Of a stretch of DNA of 53,840 nucleotides, positions 43,801 to 52,582 are shown in pieces. Position 1 is the stretch's first letter; each line of letters begins with the position of its first letter. The notes beneath the pieces were generated by a model that did no database searches, was not told the origin of the DNA, and saw nothing but the letters and a program-made list of their open reading frames with translations. Where the stretch lies: the IMG/VR virus record IMGVR_UViG_3300032295_000430, positions 1 through 53,840 of that record; one strand, 5' to 3'. This DNA comes from a virus. Lineage: Duplodnaviria; Caudoviricetes. A program made the position numbers and the translations under genes.

Positions 43801-45695
43801 ACATGGACAACGACAGCCGGGAGTGGGCTGAGGCTGACCGTACTTTGACAAGGCTGCAGAAAGAATATGAGGCAGAGTCTCAAGCTAAGCGGGCTATGTT
43901 CGGGCCTAAGACTCATGCCGACTACAACATGCCCGGTGGTCAGAACTACCGTGAGATTCGTGTTGCGTTGCCTGCCGTAGAAAAGCCTCAATACTTTATT
44001 GCGTACAAAGACGGCAGCACCATGGGCACGGGGTTTGCCAGCAAGGCTGATGCAGAGGCTGAGCTTGCGGACTTGTTTGGCAGCAGGCCAGATCTTGAAA
44101 TTCGGCAAGGTAGTGGTAGCCGATCAATGACGGCAAAAAATGAAGAAAACTTCATGAACTCAACCCACCATGGTGATGAGCCCAACGTACTGTTCCACCT
44201 TCGCGTAGCTGATCACACTGACGTTGAGGGCAAGAAGGGTTTGTTGATTGATGAGTTGCAGTCTGACTGGCATCAACAGGGTAGGGAAAAGGGATATAAA
44301 CAAAATGCAGAGAAGGATTACAACAGCTATTTTGAGTCTTTGGGTGATCGTTTTATTGCTGAGCAAAAACAACAAAACATAAAAGCTGGGATGACCCCAA
44401 CAGATGCAGAATATTACGCCACAGAAATGTACTCAAGTTTAGCTCAGAGAGAAGGCCATCGTGGAATTGCTCGTGCACTGGGTGAGGAAGACAAACTGGT
44501 TGAGCTATCCAATCAATATAAACGAGACATAAACGCTTTACCTGACGCCCCTTTCAAAGACAACTGGTATCAGCTTGGCCTGAAGCGTGCAATCAAAGAG
44601 GCCGCAGACAGCGGCAAAGAGCGCGTGTACCTGACTACGGGGCAGAGGCAGGCTGATCGGTATGATTTGAGTAAACAGGTTAACCAAATTGATGTTGTAC
44701 CAAGAACGGATGCTGCAACAGGAGAGCAAACAAAAAGCATTGGGTTAAATCTTACTAACGGTGATTTTTATCGACTGGGCGTAGATAAAAATGGAATTGT
44801 GGACAATGTCAGCAATCAATCAATTTCCAATTTAAAAGGCAAACCTCTTGCAGAAGTTGTTGGAAAAGATGTTGCAAAGAAAATTTTGGAAGAGAATGCA
44901 CAAGTCTTGTCCGGCCTCGACCTCAAAGTCGGTGGCGAAGGTATGCGCCAGTATTACGACAAGAACTACCTGAACTTCTTGAAGAAGTACGCCAAGCAGT
45001 TTGGTGCGACGGTGGGAGAAACTACACTTCCGGGTGCGGCTAAAACACGCAATCAGTTGTCCGCTAGTGATATGCATAACATGATGGACAACCCTGAATT
45101 TAAAAAAATTCTTGATGAAGAGTTTATGAAGTTGGCCGACAAGCCTTTAATTACTGGAAAAATTGAACCGCAGGGCAATAATGAATTCAAAATAATGTGG
45201 AGTGATGGATCTTTTTCTGGTGGTTACAGCGCAGAAGGCGCAAGAGAAAGACTCGCCGTAGGCCGCAATTTAAAGAATGAAGAAGGCCAAGCATGGAACG
45301 CCGCATTAAAGCGGTTTGGTGGTGAGAAGGTGTACTACATCGACATCACACCAAAGATGCGCGAGTCTGCCGCCAAAGGCCAATCGTACAAAGATGGTGG
45401 CGCAGTAGCCATGGCCGAAGGCGGTCAACTGACCTTTGCCAAAGCCAACCAACTTCTGCAGCAGTATGTCGCCAATATGGCTAATGATGGCGCTGTACAC
45501 ATGGCTGAGGGTGGCGCTGTGGACTACGAGTCCCGCTTTAATGAGATGCTGCAGAAGCATGTGCAGGGCATGGCAGAGGGCGGCGAAGTGAATACCTATG
45601 ATTCAGACCCCGACATGTCTGACGGTGGTCGGTTTATTCAAGCGCCTGCCTTTGCTGATGGCGGCGCAGTGAAATCAATCTGGACAGTTAATTAA
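40824..45695 (+). CDS. 1623-aa multidomain (polyvalent-type) protein segmented by GG tags
   Basis: GHEGRHR (ParB-like) in segment 1; IDELQSDWHQQGR…PDAPFK in segment 3; AxGG-AVHMAGGG linkers. Confidence 0.75.
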   Translation: MPSPKDIKNLLKATQGTKAGKAADLEELLATLPKGTKAQQLEAELMFKRLAEEQAARYAAHTPPTEQGNAALSEAKKALKKKQAPAVIIPSKISNVQKAIRESKGSFGAKRVQRAADEIKNLERLYTEEALKKAFGGDNAKALMTMNPEDFERFAIPLVMQEKGWPGSGPRKETLPTREYINYLSGIDEFHDVPFLEINKQRQGLPLIPFVSGHEGRHRNRALAQRDEPAGLVQFLPRAELREPFPRRDQEEYLEALRNELEMTGNMVLPERYLEDGDVYIKRPEIKLPDIYAEGGGVHMAGGGKALKALKGAGKAADATQDVQSIVSAGKPLTAAERAMVGKLAEEYTANQPVTRLSEALGNVGAEGKNLRVTQTDRTSARNLGGAPFSMMQKVDPRYAQAKATWGVKTPGAAKNITNQSDADVIWSTLIGSKTQHRSNELIFDKLYKAFQKSAKEGNLSTELRTKFNAALEPIFGEGADILDPKLRKEIDTFEKRAIVGNLLLGKDIGGAQRGGSIIPGMKIMAETTEPMLKNAETFSIGPRLFTLDQGVITRPDLHPAFPEILTGEDLNQLFIPVPNRIALPTFNEEFRARTGRKKPSYYDLTMTPEGDPYPTQFVDEDYLNFLQKEGYADGGAVHMAGGGDAGEVSGDMFKPKPLTIPSPLTDMVDAIRRQFGKEKRSMSKPGAATDVLLRGPVAFAAGTPMDLVEMAGQGIDYLQTRIPGLRTNASVMDEPRSVVDKRTPDTNYEPRFKFAPEPKVQPSLPFDASRYIQTSDPKLRAFINKRQKEINSGLQLPIVEEARMPYGTEDFQNKLRQSGLTTDEERPLFEIGTAIASPFAAQKALKYGKAGAQALAPTFSDILETQLQNVTAPMRMSIVPEGGTVGGKLKAPANDIGFYNPVEKAALNVQRKKGPGSAFVSDLKKQPGVNDERLAELGLSDLASRPNVTREEVLAAAQQNRIPLRETVLKEGKESLEELSDNIYQLKDDMSYMDNDSREWAEADRTLTRLQKEYEAESQAKRAMFGPKTHADYNMPGGQNYREIRVALPAVEKPQYFIAYKDGSTMGTGFASKADAEAELADLFGSRPDLEIRQGSGSRSMTAKNEENFMNSTHHGDEPNVLFHLRVADHTDVEGKKGLLIDELQSDWHQQGREKGYKQNAEKDYNSYFESLGDRFIAEQKQQNIKAGMTPTDAEYYATEMYSSLAQREGHRGIARALGEEDKLVELSNQYKRDINALPDAPFKDNWYQLGLKRAIKEAADSGKERVYLTTGQRQADRYDLSKQVNQIDVVPRTDAATGEQTKSIGLNLTNGDFYRLGVDKNGIVDNVSNQSISNLKGKPLAEVVGKDVAKKILEENAQVLSGLDLKVGGEGMRQYYDKNYLNFLKKYAKQFGATVGETTLPGAAKTRNQLSASDMHNMMDNPEFKKILDEEFMKLADKPLITGKIEPQGNNEFKIMWSDGSFSGGYSAEGARERLAVGRNLKNEEGQAWNAALKRFGGEKVYYIDITPKMRESAAKGQSYKDGGAVAMAEGGQLTFAKANQLLQQYVANMANDGAVHMAEGGAVDYESRFNEMLQKHVQGMAEGGEVNTYDSDPDMSDGGRFIQAPAFADGGAVKSIWTVN

Positions 45696-45706
45696 AGGAA
45701 AGAATC

Positions 45707-48187
45707 ATGCCTGAGATGCCTATCGACCCTGAGTTTGGTCGCTTTATTGATGGCCTGCAGCAGACGCCTGATGGCGGCGCTATCGTTGAGCTTGAAGACG
45801 AGGAGCAGGAAATAGAAGAAATGCCTGATGGCTCGGCTGTCATTCGCTCTAAGTTCAAGACACCGGAAGAGGATGAGGACTTCTACGAGAACCTCGCAGA
45901 GACCCTGAATCCTTTGGACATGGACTCAATCGCCATGCGCTATCTGGATCTGATTGAGAAGGACAAGGAAGACCGCAAAGGCCGTGACAAGCAGTACGAG
46001 GACGGCCTGCGCCGCACTGGTATGGGTAACGACGCTCCGGGTGGTGCCAACTTCAGCGGTGCCTCCAAGGTGGTTCACCCGATCATGGCGGAGTCCTGCA
46101 TTGACTTCGCATCCCGTGCGATTAAGGAACTGTTCCCGCCTGACGGCCCGACCCGTACCAAGATTCTGGGTGAGGTGACGCCTGAGAAGACTGAGGTGGC
46201 CGAGCGCAAGCGTGATTACATGAACTGGCAGCTCACCGAGCAGATCGAAGAGTACCGCGACGAGCAGGAGCAGATGCTGACTCAGCTTCCGTTGGGTGGC
46301 TCACAGTACATGAAGCTCTGGTACGACGAGAAGAAGCGCCGTCCATGCGCTGAGTTCGTGCCTATCGACAACGTCTATCTGCCATTTGCATCCGGTAACT
46401 TTTACACCGCCCAGCGTGTGACTGAGGTTCATGAGATCACGGACTTTGAGTACAAGCAACGGATTGCCCGTGGCCTGTACCGGGACGTTAGCTTCATCCG
46501 TTCGACCTTGGAGCCTGAGCAGACTGGCCCTGAGAAGGCTAACGACAAGATCGAAGGCAAGTCGATGTCGGACAACGTGGACGGTTTGCGCCACATTTAC
46601 CACGTTTACACATGGCTGGAGCTTGAGGATGACACCCGCAGCGACGGTGAGATGGCTCCGTACATCATGATGATTGACGGCCAAGACCACGAGATGCTGG
46701 GCTTGTACCGTAACTGGGAAGATGGCGACGAGACGATGACCAAACTCGACTGGCTGGTTGAGTTTAAGTTTATCCCATGGCGTGGTGCCTACGCTGTTGG
46801 CCTGCCGCACCTGATTGGTGGCATGTCTGCGGCTCTGACAGGTGCTTTGCGGGCGCTTTTGGATACAGCTCACATCAATAACTCGGCCACGATGATGAAA
46901 CTGAAGGGCGGGAAGATCTCCGGCCAGTCAGATCAGATTGATGTGACGCAGGTTATTGAGATTGAAGGCGCTCCCGGCGTGGATGATGTGCGAAAAATTG
47001 CCATGCCACTGCCATTTAACCCGCCATCGTCGGTGCTTATGGAGCTTTTGGGCTGGCTTTCGACCCAAGCCAAGGGGGTAGTGACCACCGCAGAGGAAAA
47101 AATCGCTGATGTGAACGCTAATGCGCCTGTTGGCACCACTCAGGCGCTGATTGAGCAGGGTTCTGCCGTGTTTTCCTCGATCCACGCCCGTCTGCACGAG
47201 TCTCAGAAGCGGGTTTTGATGATTTTGGGGCGGATTAACCGCTGGTATCTGGACGATCAGAAGCGCGGCGATGTTGTTGCTGACCTTGAGGTCGATAAAT
47301 CGGACTTTATACGCAATTCCGACATCGTTCCGGTATCTGACCCCCATATTTTCAGCGAAACCCAGCGTATTGCGCAGATCCAGACGGTTGTTCAGTTCGC
47401 AGAGAAGCATCCTGACCTGTTTGACCGCCGTGCCGTGATCTCTCGGGCTCTAAAGCAGATGAAGGTGCCCAATGTGGCCGAGCTGATGCCTTCTGCCATC
47501 AAGCCGGGTGAGATGAATGCGATTGACGAGAACATGTCAATGGCACTGGGCAAGCCTGCCTTTGCGTATCCCGGTCAGGATCATCTAGCTCATATTATGA
47601 GCCACCTGAACTTTGCTTTGGATCCCACTATGGGCAGCAATCCTATCGTTGCCATGGCCTGCCTGCCGCAGGAGATGGAGCACATCAAGCAGCACATGGT
47701 TCTTTGGTACAAGGATCAGATGACAAAGTACGCTTCTGGCGATACGGGCATTGACTTCAGCAAGTACGACGAGAAAGGCATGACCAAGTCTATTGACCAG
47801 ACGGTTGCTGTTGCCTCTGAGCATGTGAAGATGGATACGCAGAAGGTCTTTGAGAAGGTGATGCCTGCCCTGCAGCAGTTGGGTCAGACGGTGGCTCAAA
47901 TGGTTCAGCAGCAGAAGCAGTCGGCTCAGATGTCTGATCCTGAGTCGCAGGCAGTGCTGCAGGCGTCGATGGCCGAGACCGAACGTCGTGCGATGCGCGA
48001 TAAGGCTGACATTGAGATGCAGACTCAGAAGCTGCAGACACAGGTTGCCATCAATACTGAGAACAACCTGACGAAGGAAAGGATGAAAGCGGCTGAGATT
48101 ACAGTCGATGGCGTCCAGTTACAGAAGGAACAGCAGGAAACTGCCCTATCGCTGCAGGAAGCAGCACAACGCAACTTAGGAGTTTAA
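45707..48187 (+). CDS. portal protein
   Basis: 826 aa; VHPIMAES…MNWQL…LPLGGSQYMK…GTTQALIEQG; position after terL. Confidence 0.85.
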   Translation: MPEMPIDPEFGRFIDGLQQTPDGGAIVELEDEEQEIEEMPDGSAVIRSKFKTPEEDEDFYENLAETLNPLDMDSIAMRYLDLIEKDKEDRKGRDKQYEDGLRRTGMGNDAPGGANFSGASKVVHPIMAESCIDFASRAIKELFPPDGPTRTKILGEVTPEKTEVAERKRDYMNWQLTEQIEEYRDEQEQMLTQLPLGGSQYMKLWYDEKKRRPCAEFVPIDNVYLPFASGNFYTAQRVTEVHEITDFEYKQRIARGLYRDVSFIRSTLEPEQTGPEKANDKIEGKSMSDNVDGLRHIYHVYTWLELEDDTRSDGEMAPYIMMIDGQDHEMLGLYRNWEDGDETMTKLDWLVEFKFIPWRGAYAVGLPHLIGGMSAALTGALRALLDTAHINNSATMMKLKGGKISGQSDQIDVTQVIEIEGAPGVDDVRKIAMPLPFNPPSSVLMELLGWLSTQAKGVVTTAEEKIADVNANAPVGTTQALIEQGSAVFSSIHARLHESQKRVLMILGRINRWYLDDQKRGDVVADLEVDKSDFIRNSDIVPVSDPHIFSETQRIAQIQTVVQFAEKHPDLFDRRAVISRALKQMKVPNVAELMPSAIKPGEMNAIDENMSMALGKPAFAYPGQDHLAHIMSHLNFALDPTMGSNPIVAMACLPQEMEHIKQHMVLWYKDQMTKYASGDTGIDFSKYDEKGMTKSIDQTVAVASEHVKMDTQKVFEKVMPALQQLGQTVAQMVQQQKQSAQMSDPESQAVLQASMAETERRAMRDKADIEMQTQKLQTQVAINTENNLTKERMKAAEITVDGVQLQKEQQETALSLQEAAQRNLGV

Positions 48188-48189
48188 TC

Positions 48190-48372
48190 ATGGCCGTAAC
48201 TTTGAAAGAAGAGCAGTCTGAGGCAGTGCGTCAGCAACACCGCAATGCGGCTGGTGCATGGATTACTGGTCAAGAGTACAAAGAACAGGGCTCGGCTACA
48301 CAGCCGCTGGCCAATTCCGATCACGGTAACTTTCAGGGAGGCTCAAAAGGCATAGACAAAAACAACGCATGA
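48190..48372 (+). CDS. hypothetical protein
   Basis: AGGAG RBS. Confidence 0.65.
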   Translation: MAVTLKEEQSEAVRQQHRNAAGAWITGQEYKEQGSATQPLANSDHGNFQGGSKGIDKNNA

Positions 48373-48554
48373 GACACGAAAGCGACTTTATTGGCGCTGT
48401 AAAAGCGCGTCAGCACGAGATTGCCGCATCGTTGGCAGCGGGTAACTGCGTCAACTTTGAGACATATCAACGGCTGGTTGGCGAATATCAGGGGCTGGAA
48501 TATGCCCTTGCCATACTTAACAATCTATTAAGGGAAGAAGATGAACATGAATGA
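48369..48554 (+). CDS. conserved small head-module protein
   Basis: YQRLVGEYQGL. Confidence 0.7.
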   Translation: MRHESDFIGAVKARQHEIAASLAAGNCVNFETYQRLVGEYQGLEYALAILNNLLREEDEHE

Positions 48555-48978
48555 ACCGGTAGCTTCTAGCGAGGCTGAATTAGCTTGGGCATTCCCGAGC
48601 GTTAACCCCGGTGCTGAACCTCTTGGAGCAAGGATTTTGGTGCAACTGCGTCGTACCAAGAAGAAAGCAACCAGTGCCGGGATTATCTTGGTTGAAGAAA
48701 CCAAAGAGACCGAGAAGTGGAACAACATGGTAGCCAAGGTGCTGATGATTGGCCCGCTGGCATTTAAGAAGCGCGACACGATGGAGCCGTGGCCTGAAGG
48801 CGCATGGGCGCAAGTGGGTGACTACATCCGTGTCCCGAAATGGGGTGGCGACCGCTGGGAAGTACCTGTCCCCGGCGACGAGGATTACGAAGATCCTGCC
48901 CTATTTATGATTCTTAACGACCATGAACTCATTGCACGAGTCACTGGTGATCCGCTGGAAATGCGGGCTTTTATCTAA
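48541..48978 (+). CDS. groES: GroES/Cpn10-like co-chaperonin
   Basis: EPLGARILV…TSAGIIL…AKVLMIGP…VGDYI…ILNDHELIA. Confidence 0.85.
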   Translation: MNMNEPVASSEAELAWAFPSVNPGAEPLGARILVQLRRTKKKATSAGIILVEETKETEKWNNMVAKVLMIGPLAFKKRDTMEPWPEGAWAQVGDYIRVPKWGGDRWEVPVPGDEDYEDPALFMILNDHELIARVTGDPLEMRAFI

Positions 48979-48987
48979 GGAGTAACA

Positions 48988-49998
48988 ATGGCAACCGACG
49001 CAACCGATAAGCAGACGGCTGATCTGCTGATTAACGAAGGGCAAGACGGTTCTGCAACCGTAACCTTGCCTGATGGAATGGAAGGGGATGATCCTGAGCT
49101 GAGGCAGGGTGGTGCTGCTGATGACGATCATGGCTCAGATGAAGACGATGAGGCTGCTGAGGCGGCTGAGATCGAGGCTACTGGCGACGTAGACCCAGAG
49201 CAAGAGCGCATCCGTGCTGCTAAGCGGGCAAAGCGCAAGGCTCGTAAGGAATACCACCGCCAGAACCAAGTTGAGAAGGACGTTCGCCTGCAAAACCTGC
49301 AGCGCCAGAACCAAGAGCTTCTGGAGCGTCTTTCTGTTGTTGAGAAAAAGACAGCCGGTAGTGAATTAGCACGGCTGGACAAAGCGATTGAAGACCAGCA
49401 CAACCGTATTGAGTTTGCCAAGCGCAAGATTGCCGAGGCGACCTCCAATGGTGACGGCACCCTGCTGACCTCAGCCCAAGAGATGTGGTTTGAAGCCCGT
49501 CGCAAGGCAGAGGATCTGGAGTCGTATAAGCAGCGCATGGTTCAGCCTGAGCGCCAGCAGACGATCCAGCAGGATCCCCGTGTCCAACGGCACGCCTCCC
49601 GCTGGTTGGAGAGCAACCCTTGGTATGACCCACAGGGTGGCGACATTGACTCAAAAATTGCCTTGACGATTGATCAGGCCATGGCCGAAGAGGGCTGGGA
49701 TCCTGCAACGCAAGATTATTGGAAAGAGCTTGACAATCGCTTGTCAGAAAGGCTACCGAACCGCTACAATGATTACAGCAGCGAGAAACCGGCACAGCGC
49801 CGTCCTCGGAGCGTGGTAACTAGCAGTGGTCGTGAGATAGCGTCGAGTAATAGTGGAGGGCGGGGGAATACCTTCACCCTTACCCCGGATCAAGTCCGGG
49901 CTATGAAAGATGCAGGCATGTGGGACGATTCTGAGAAACGTAACCGCATGATCAAGCGCTATGCAATGGAAGCCCGTAACCGTCAAGGAAGGAACTAA
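48988..49998 (+). CDS. putative capsid scaffolding protein
   Basis: Acidic N-terminus; long coiled coil; WLESNPWY; LTPDQVRAMK C-terminus. Confidence 0.7.
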   Translation: MATDATDKQTADLLINEGQDGSATVTLPDGMEGDDPELRQGGAADDDHGSDEDDEAAEAAEIEATGDVDPEQERIRAAKRAKRKARKEYHRQNQVEKDVRLQNLQRQNQELLERLSVVEKKTAGSELARLDKAIEDQHNRIEFAKRKIAEATSNGDGTLLTSAQEMWFEARRKAEDLESYKQRMVQPERQQTIQQDPRVQRHASRWLESNPWYDPQGGDIDSKIALTIDQAMAEEGWDPATQDYWKELDNRLSERLPNRYNDYSSEKPAQRRPRSVVTSSGREIASSNSGGRGNTFTLTPDQVRAMKDAGMWDDSEKRNRMIKRYAMEARNRQGRN

Positions 49999-50000
49999 TC

Positions 50001-50540
50001 ATGGATTCTCGTCTGAAAAAATCTCTCTCTGCAGGTGGGCGCGAATCACGCGCTAGTCACGACTCGGTTCGTGAGGCACCGGAGGAAACATTTGTGTCGT
50101 CTGATGAACGTCGAAAGATGTGGAAAGATGAGTGGACACAAAGCGCATTGCCAAATGCTCCATTGATTCCCGGCTGGCATGTTTGCTGGTTATCGACAAC
50201 CAATAGTTACGACAGCATCGATAAGCGGGTTCGCCTTGGTTATGTTCCTGTGATGGAACAGGACGTAAAAGGGTTTGAGAACTACCGTGTAAAGGCTGGC
50301 GAACATACTGGTTATATCGCGTGTAATGAGATGCTGCTGTTTAAGATCCCGATGGATATGTACCAAGACATCATGGCGCACTTCCACCACGAGGCTCCTC
50401 TTGAGGAAGCCAACAAGATCCGAATGCAAGCAGAAAACATCCAAGGCCGTGATAGTTCGGGTAGAAGACTCGGACAAGTCGAGGGTGAGGGCATTGAGCA
50501 AATGGACAAACCACTGTCTGCGCCGACATTTGCCGGCTAA
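50001..50540 (+). CDS. conserved head-module protein
   Basis: PGWHVCWLS…LGYVPV…LLFKIP. Confidence 0.7.
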   Translation: MDSRLKKSLSAGGRESRASHDSVREAPEETFVSSDERRKMWKDEWTQSALPNAPLIPGWHVCWLSTTNSYDSIDKRVRLGYVPVMEQDVKGFENYRVKAGEHTGYIACNEMLLFKIPMDMYQDIMAHFHHEAPLEEANKIRMQAENIQGRDSSGRRLGQVEGEGIEQMDKPLSAPTFAG

Positions 50541-50569
50541 GACACTTGTTAAACTGATAGGAGTAAATT

Positions 50570-51145
50570 ATGTCTAGCACTAATGCTCCGTTCGGCCTGC
50601 GCCCTGCGTTTCATCCTTCGGGTCTGGATCGCGCTCAAGCTCTGGCTGGCGGTATTACATCGGCTTACAACGCCGATATTCTCAAAGGTCAACCTGTGAA
50701 GTATGTCACTGGTGGCGTTATTCAACCTGCAGCAGCCGGTGAAGCCTTCGTTGGCGCATTTGCTGGTGTAGAGTGGACTGACACTACTGGTCGCCGTCGT
50801 GTGTCGAACTACTGGCCTGCAAACACTGCATACCAGACTGGTTCTTGCATTGCGTACTTCTACGCTGATCAAAACATCGTGTATGAAATTCAAGCTGACG
50901 GTAGCTTGGCTCAAACCTCTATTGGTGATGAAGCCGATCTTTCAAACACGACTGCTGGATCGAATGTGACTGGTCTTTCTCAGGCAACTCTGTCCACAAC
51001 TCTAGTTGGCGCTGGTAATAGTGCACAAATGCGCATTATTGATCTTGCTCCGTATACCGATAACGCTTGGGGCGACACTTACGTGATCGTCCGCGCCAAC
51101 ATCAGCGAGTACCAGTTTGCTCCTGCTGCTGGCACCGCCATCTAA
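50570..51145 (+). CDS. putative capsid decoration / minor capsid protein
   Basis: MSSTNAPFGLRP; immediately before the major capsid gene. Confidence 0.6.
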   Translation: MSSTNAPFGLRPAFHPSGLDRAQALAGGITSAYNADILKGQPVKYVTGGVIQPAAAGEAFVGAFAGVEWTDTTGRRRVSNYWPANTAYQTGSCIAYFYADQNIVYEIQADGSLAQTSIGDEADLSNTTAGSNVTGLSQATLSTTLVGAGNSAQMRIIDLAPYTDNAWGDTYVIVRANISEYQFAPAAGTAI

Positions 51146-51161
51146 TAAGGAGGAGTGAACC

Positions 51162-52076
51162 ATGGCAGCTCCAATGAGAAGTACCGACTTTCGTAGCATT
51201 GTCGAACCAATCCTGAATGAGTGTTTTGACGGTGTCTACGATCAGCGTACCGATGAATGGTCGCGTGTTTTCCGCGAGTCGGAAGGCATCCCACGTAACT
51301 ACCACGAAGAGCCAGTCCTGTACGGCTTTGGCGCGGCTCCACAACTGCCTGACGGTACTCCAGTATCGTATCAGCAGGGTGGCGTGCTGTTCCTCAAGCG
51401 TTACGTCTACTCCGTCTATGGTCTGGCATTTGCTCTGACCAAAGTTCTGGTTGAAGACGGTGACCATATCCGTATCGGTCAGGTGTATGCCCGTCACTTG
51501 GCTCAGTCTTTGATTGAGACCAAAGAAACGCTGTCAGCCAACGTGCTGAACCGCGCTTTCAACTCGGCTTACCCCGGCGGCGACGGTGTGCAACTGAACT
51601 CGGCTTCGCACCCAATCGTTAACGGCACCGCTTCCAACCTGCTGGCAACAGCAGCTAACCTGTCGCAGACCTCGCTTGAGCAGATGCTTATCCAGATCCG
51701 TCAAGCTGTGGACAACAACGGCAAGAAGATCCGTCTGGTTCCCCGCCAACTGGTGGTCGCTCCCGGCAACATCTTCCAAGCTGAAGTTCTCCTGAAGTCG
51801 GTTCTGCGTAGCGGCAACGCTAACAACGACATCAACCCGATCAAGTCGATTGGTCTGCTGGACGAAGGCGCTGCAGTTCTGTCGCGTCTGACTTCTGCTA
51901 CCGCATGGTGGGTTCAGACCGATGCTCCAGAAGGCATGAAGCTTCTGATGCGTCGTAAGCTGGAGAAGACCATGGAAGGTGACTTCGAAACTGACTCGAT
52001 GCGCTACAAGGCGACTGAGCGTTACGATGTGGGCTTCACTGACTGGCGTGCAATGTACGGCACACCGGGCGTCTAA
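51162..52076 (+). CDS. major capsid protein (HK97 fold, Mu gpT-like)
   Basis: AAGGAGGAG RBS; strong codon bias; PRQLVVAP; GDFETDSMRYKATERYDVGFTDWRAMYG. Confidence 0.88.
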   Translation: MAAPMRSTDFRSIVEPILNECFDGVYDQRTDEWSRVFRESEGIPRNYHEEPVLYGFGAAPQLPDGTPVSYQQGGVLFLKRYVYSVYGLAFALTKVLVEDGDHIRIGQVYARHLAQSLIETKETLSANVLNRAFNSAYPGGDGVQLNSASHPIVNGTASNLLATAANLSQTSLEQMLIQIRQAVDNNGKKIRLVPRQLVVAPGNIFQAEVLLKSVLRSGNANNDINPIKSIGLLDEGAAVLSRLTSATAWWVQTDAPEGMKLLMRRKLEKTMEGDFETDSMRYKATERYDVGFTDWRAMYGTPGV

Positions 52077-52085
52077 ACATGGGTT

Positions 52086-52103
52086 GGGGGGCTTCGGCCT
52101 CCC
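52086..52103 (+). terminator. C(UUCG)G hairpin after the major capsid gene (attenuator/stabiliser)
   Basis: GGGGGGC-TTCG-GCCTCCC; weak U-tract. Confidence 0.55.
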
Positions 52104-52121
52104 TCTTCACAGGAGAACGAA

Positions 52122-52571
52122 ATGGCACAAACTTATTTCGGTTCTACTTTGCGCTCCGGTTCTGGCACGTTGACTGACACCACTGACGGCGGTTTCGTCG
52201 TTTTGAGTCAAACAACTACTGTCACTACCGCTGCCGCTGGAACCGCAACTAGCGCAACAATCACCCTTCCTGCCTCGTCCCAGATTATCGACATTTATGC
52301 CGATATGACCGTGAACGAATCAGTAGGTGGTGGTACTGCTACAGCAATTGCAATGACCGTCGGCACAGTTGCCGCAGGCACTCAGTACGTTTCTTCGACT
52401 GATGTGTTTGCCGGTGGTAGAGCCGCTTTGACTTTTACTGCCGCACAATTAAGCGCAATGGCTGACATTGGTAACAATACCAATGTTGTTGTTACGCTCG
52501 ATCCTAACGGCACAATCGCCACAACTCAGGGTGTTATCCGCCTGACAGTTGTATACGCTCAAAAAGTTTAA
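52122..52571 (+). CDS. virion structural protein (beta-sandwich)
   Basis: AGGAG RBS; T/A/G-rich; after the major capsid gene. Confidence 0.7.
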   Translation: MAQTYFGSTLRSGSGTLTDTTDGGFVVLSQTTTVTTAAAGTATSATITLPASSQIIDIYADMTVNESVGGGTATAIAMTVGTVAAGTQYVSSTDVFAGGRAALTFTAAQLSAMADIGNNTNVVVTLDPNGTIATTQGVIRLTVVYAQKV

Positions 52572-52582
52572 GGAGGCACGAC

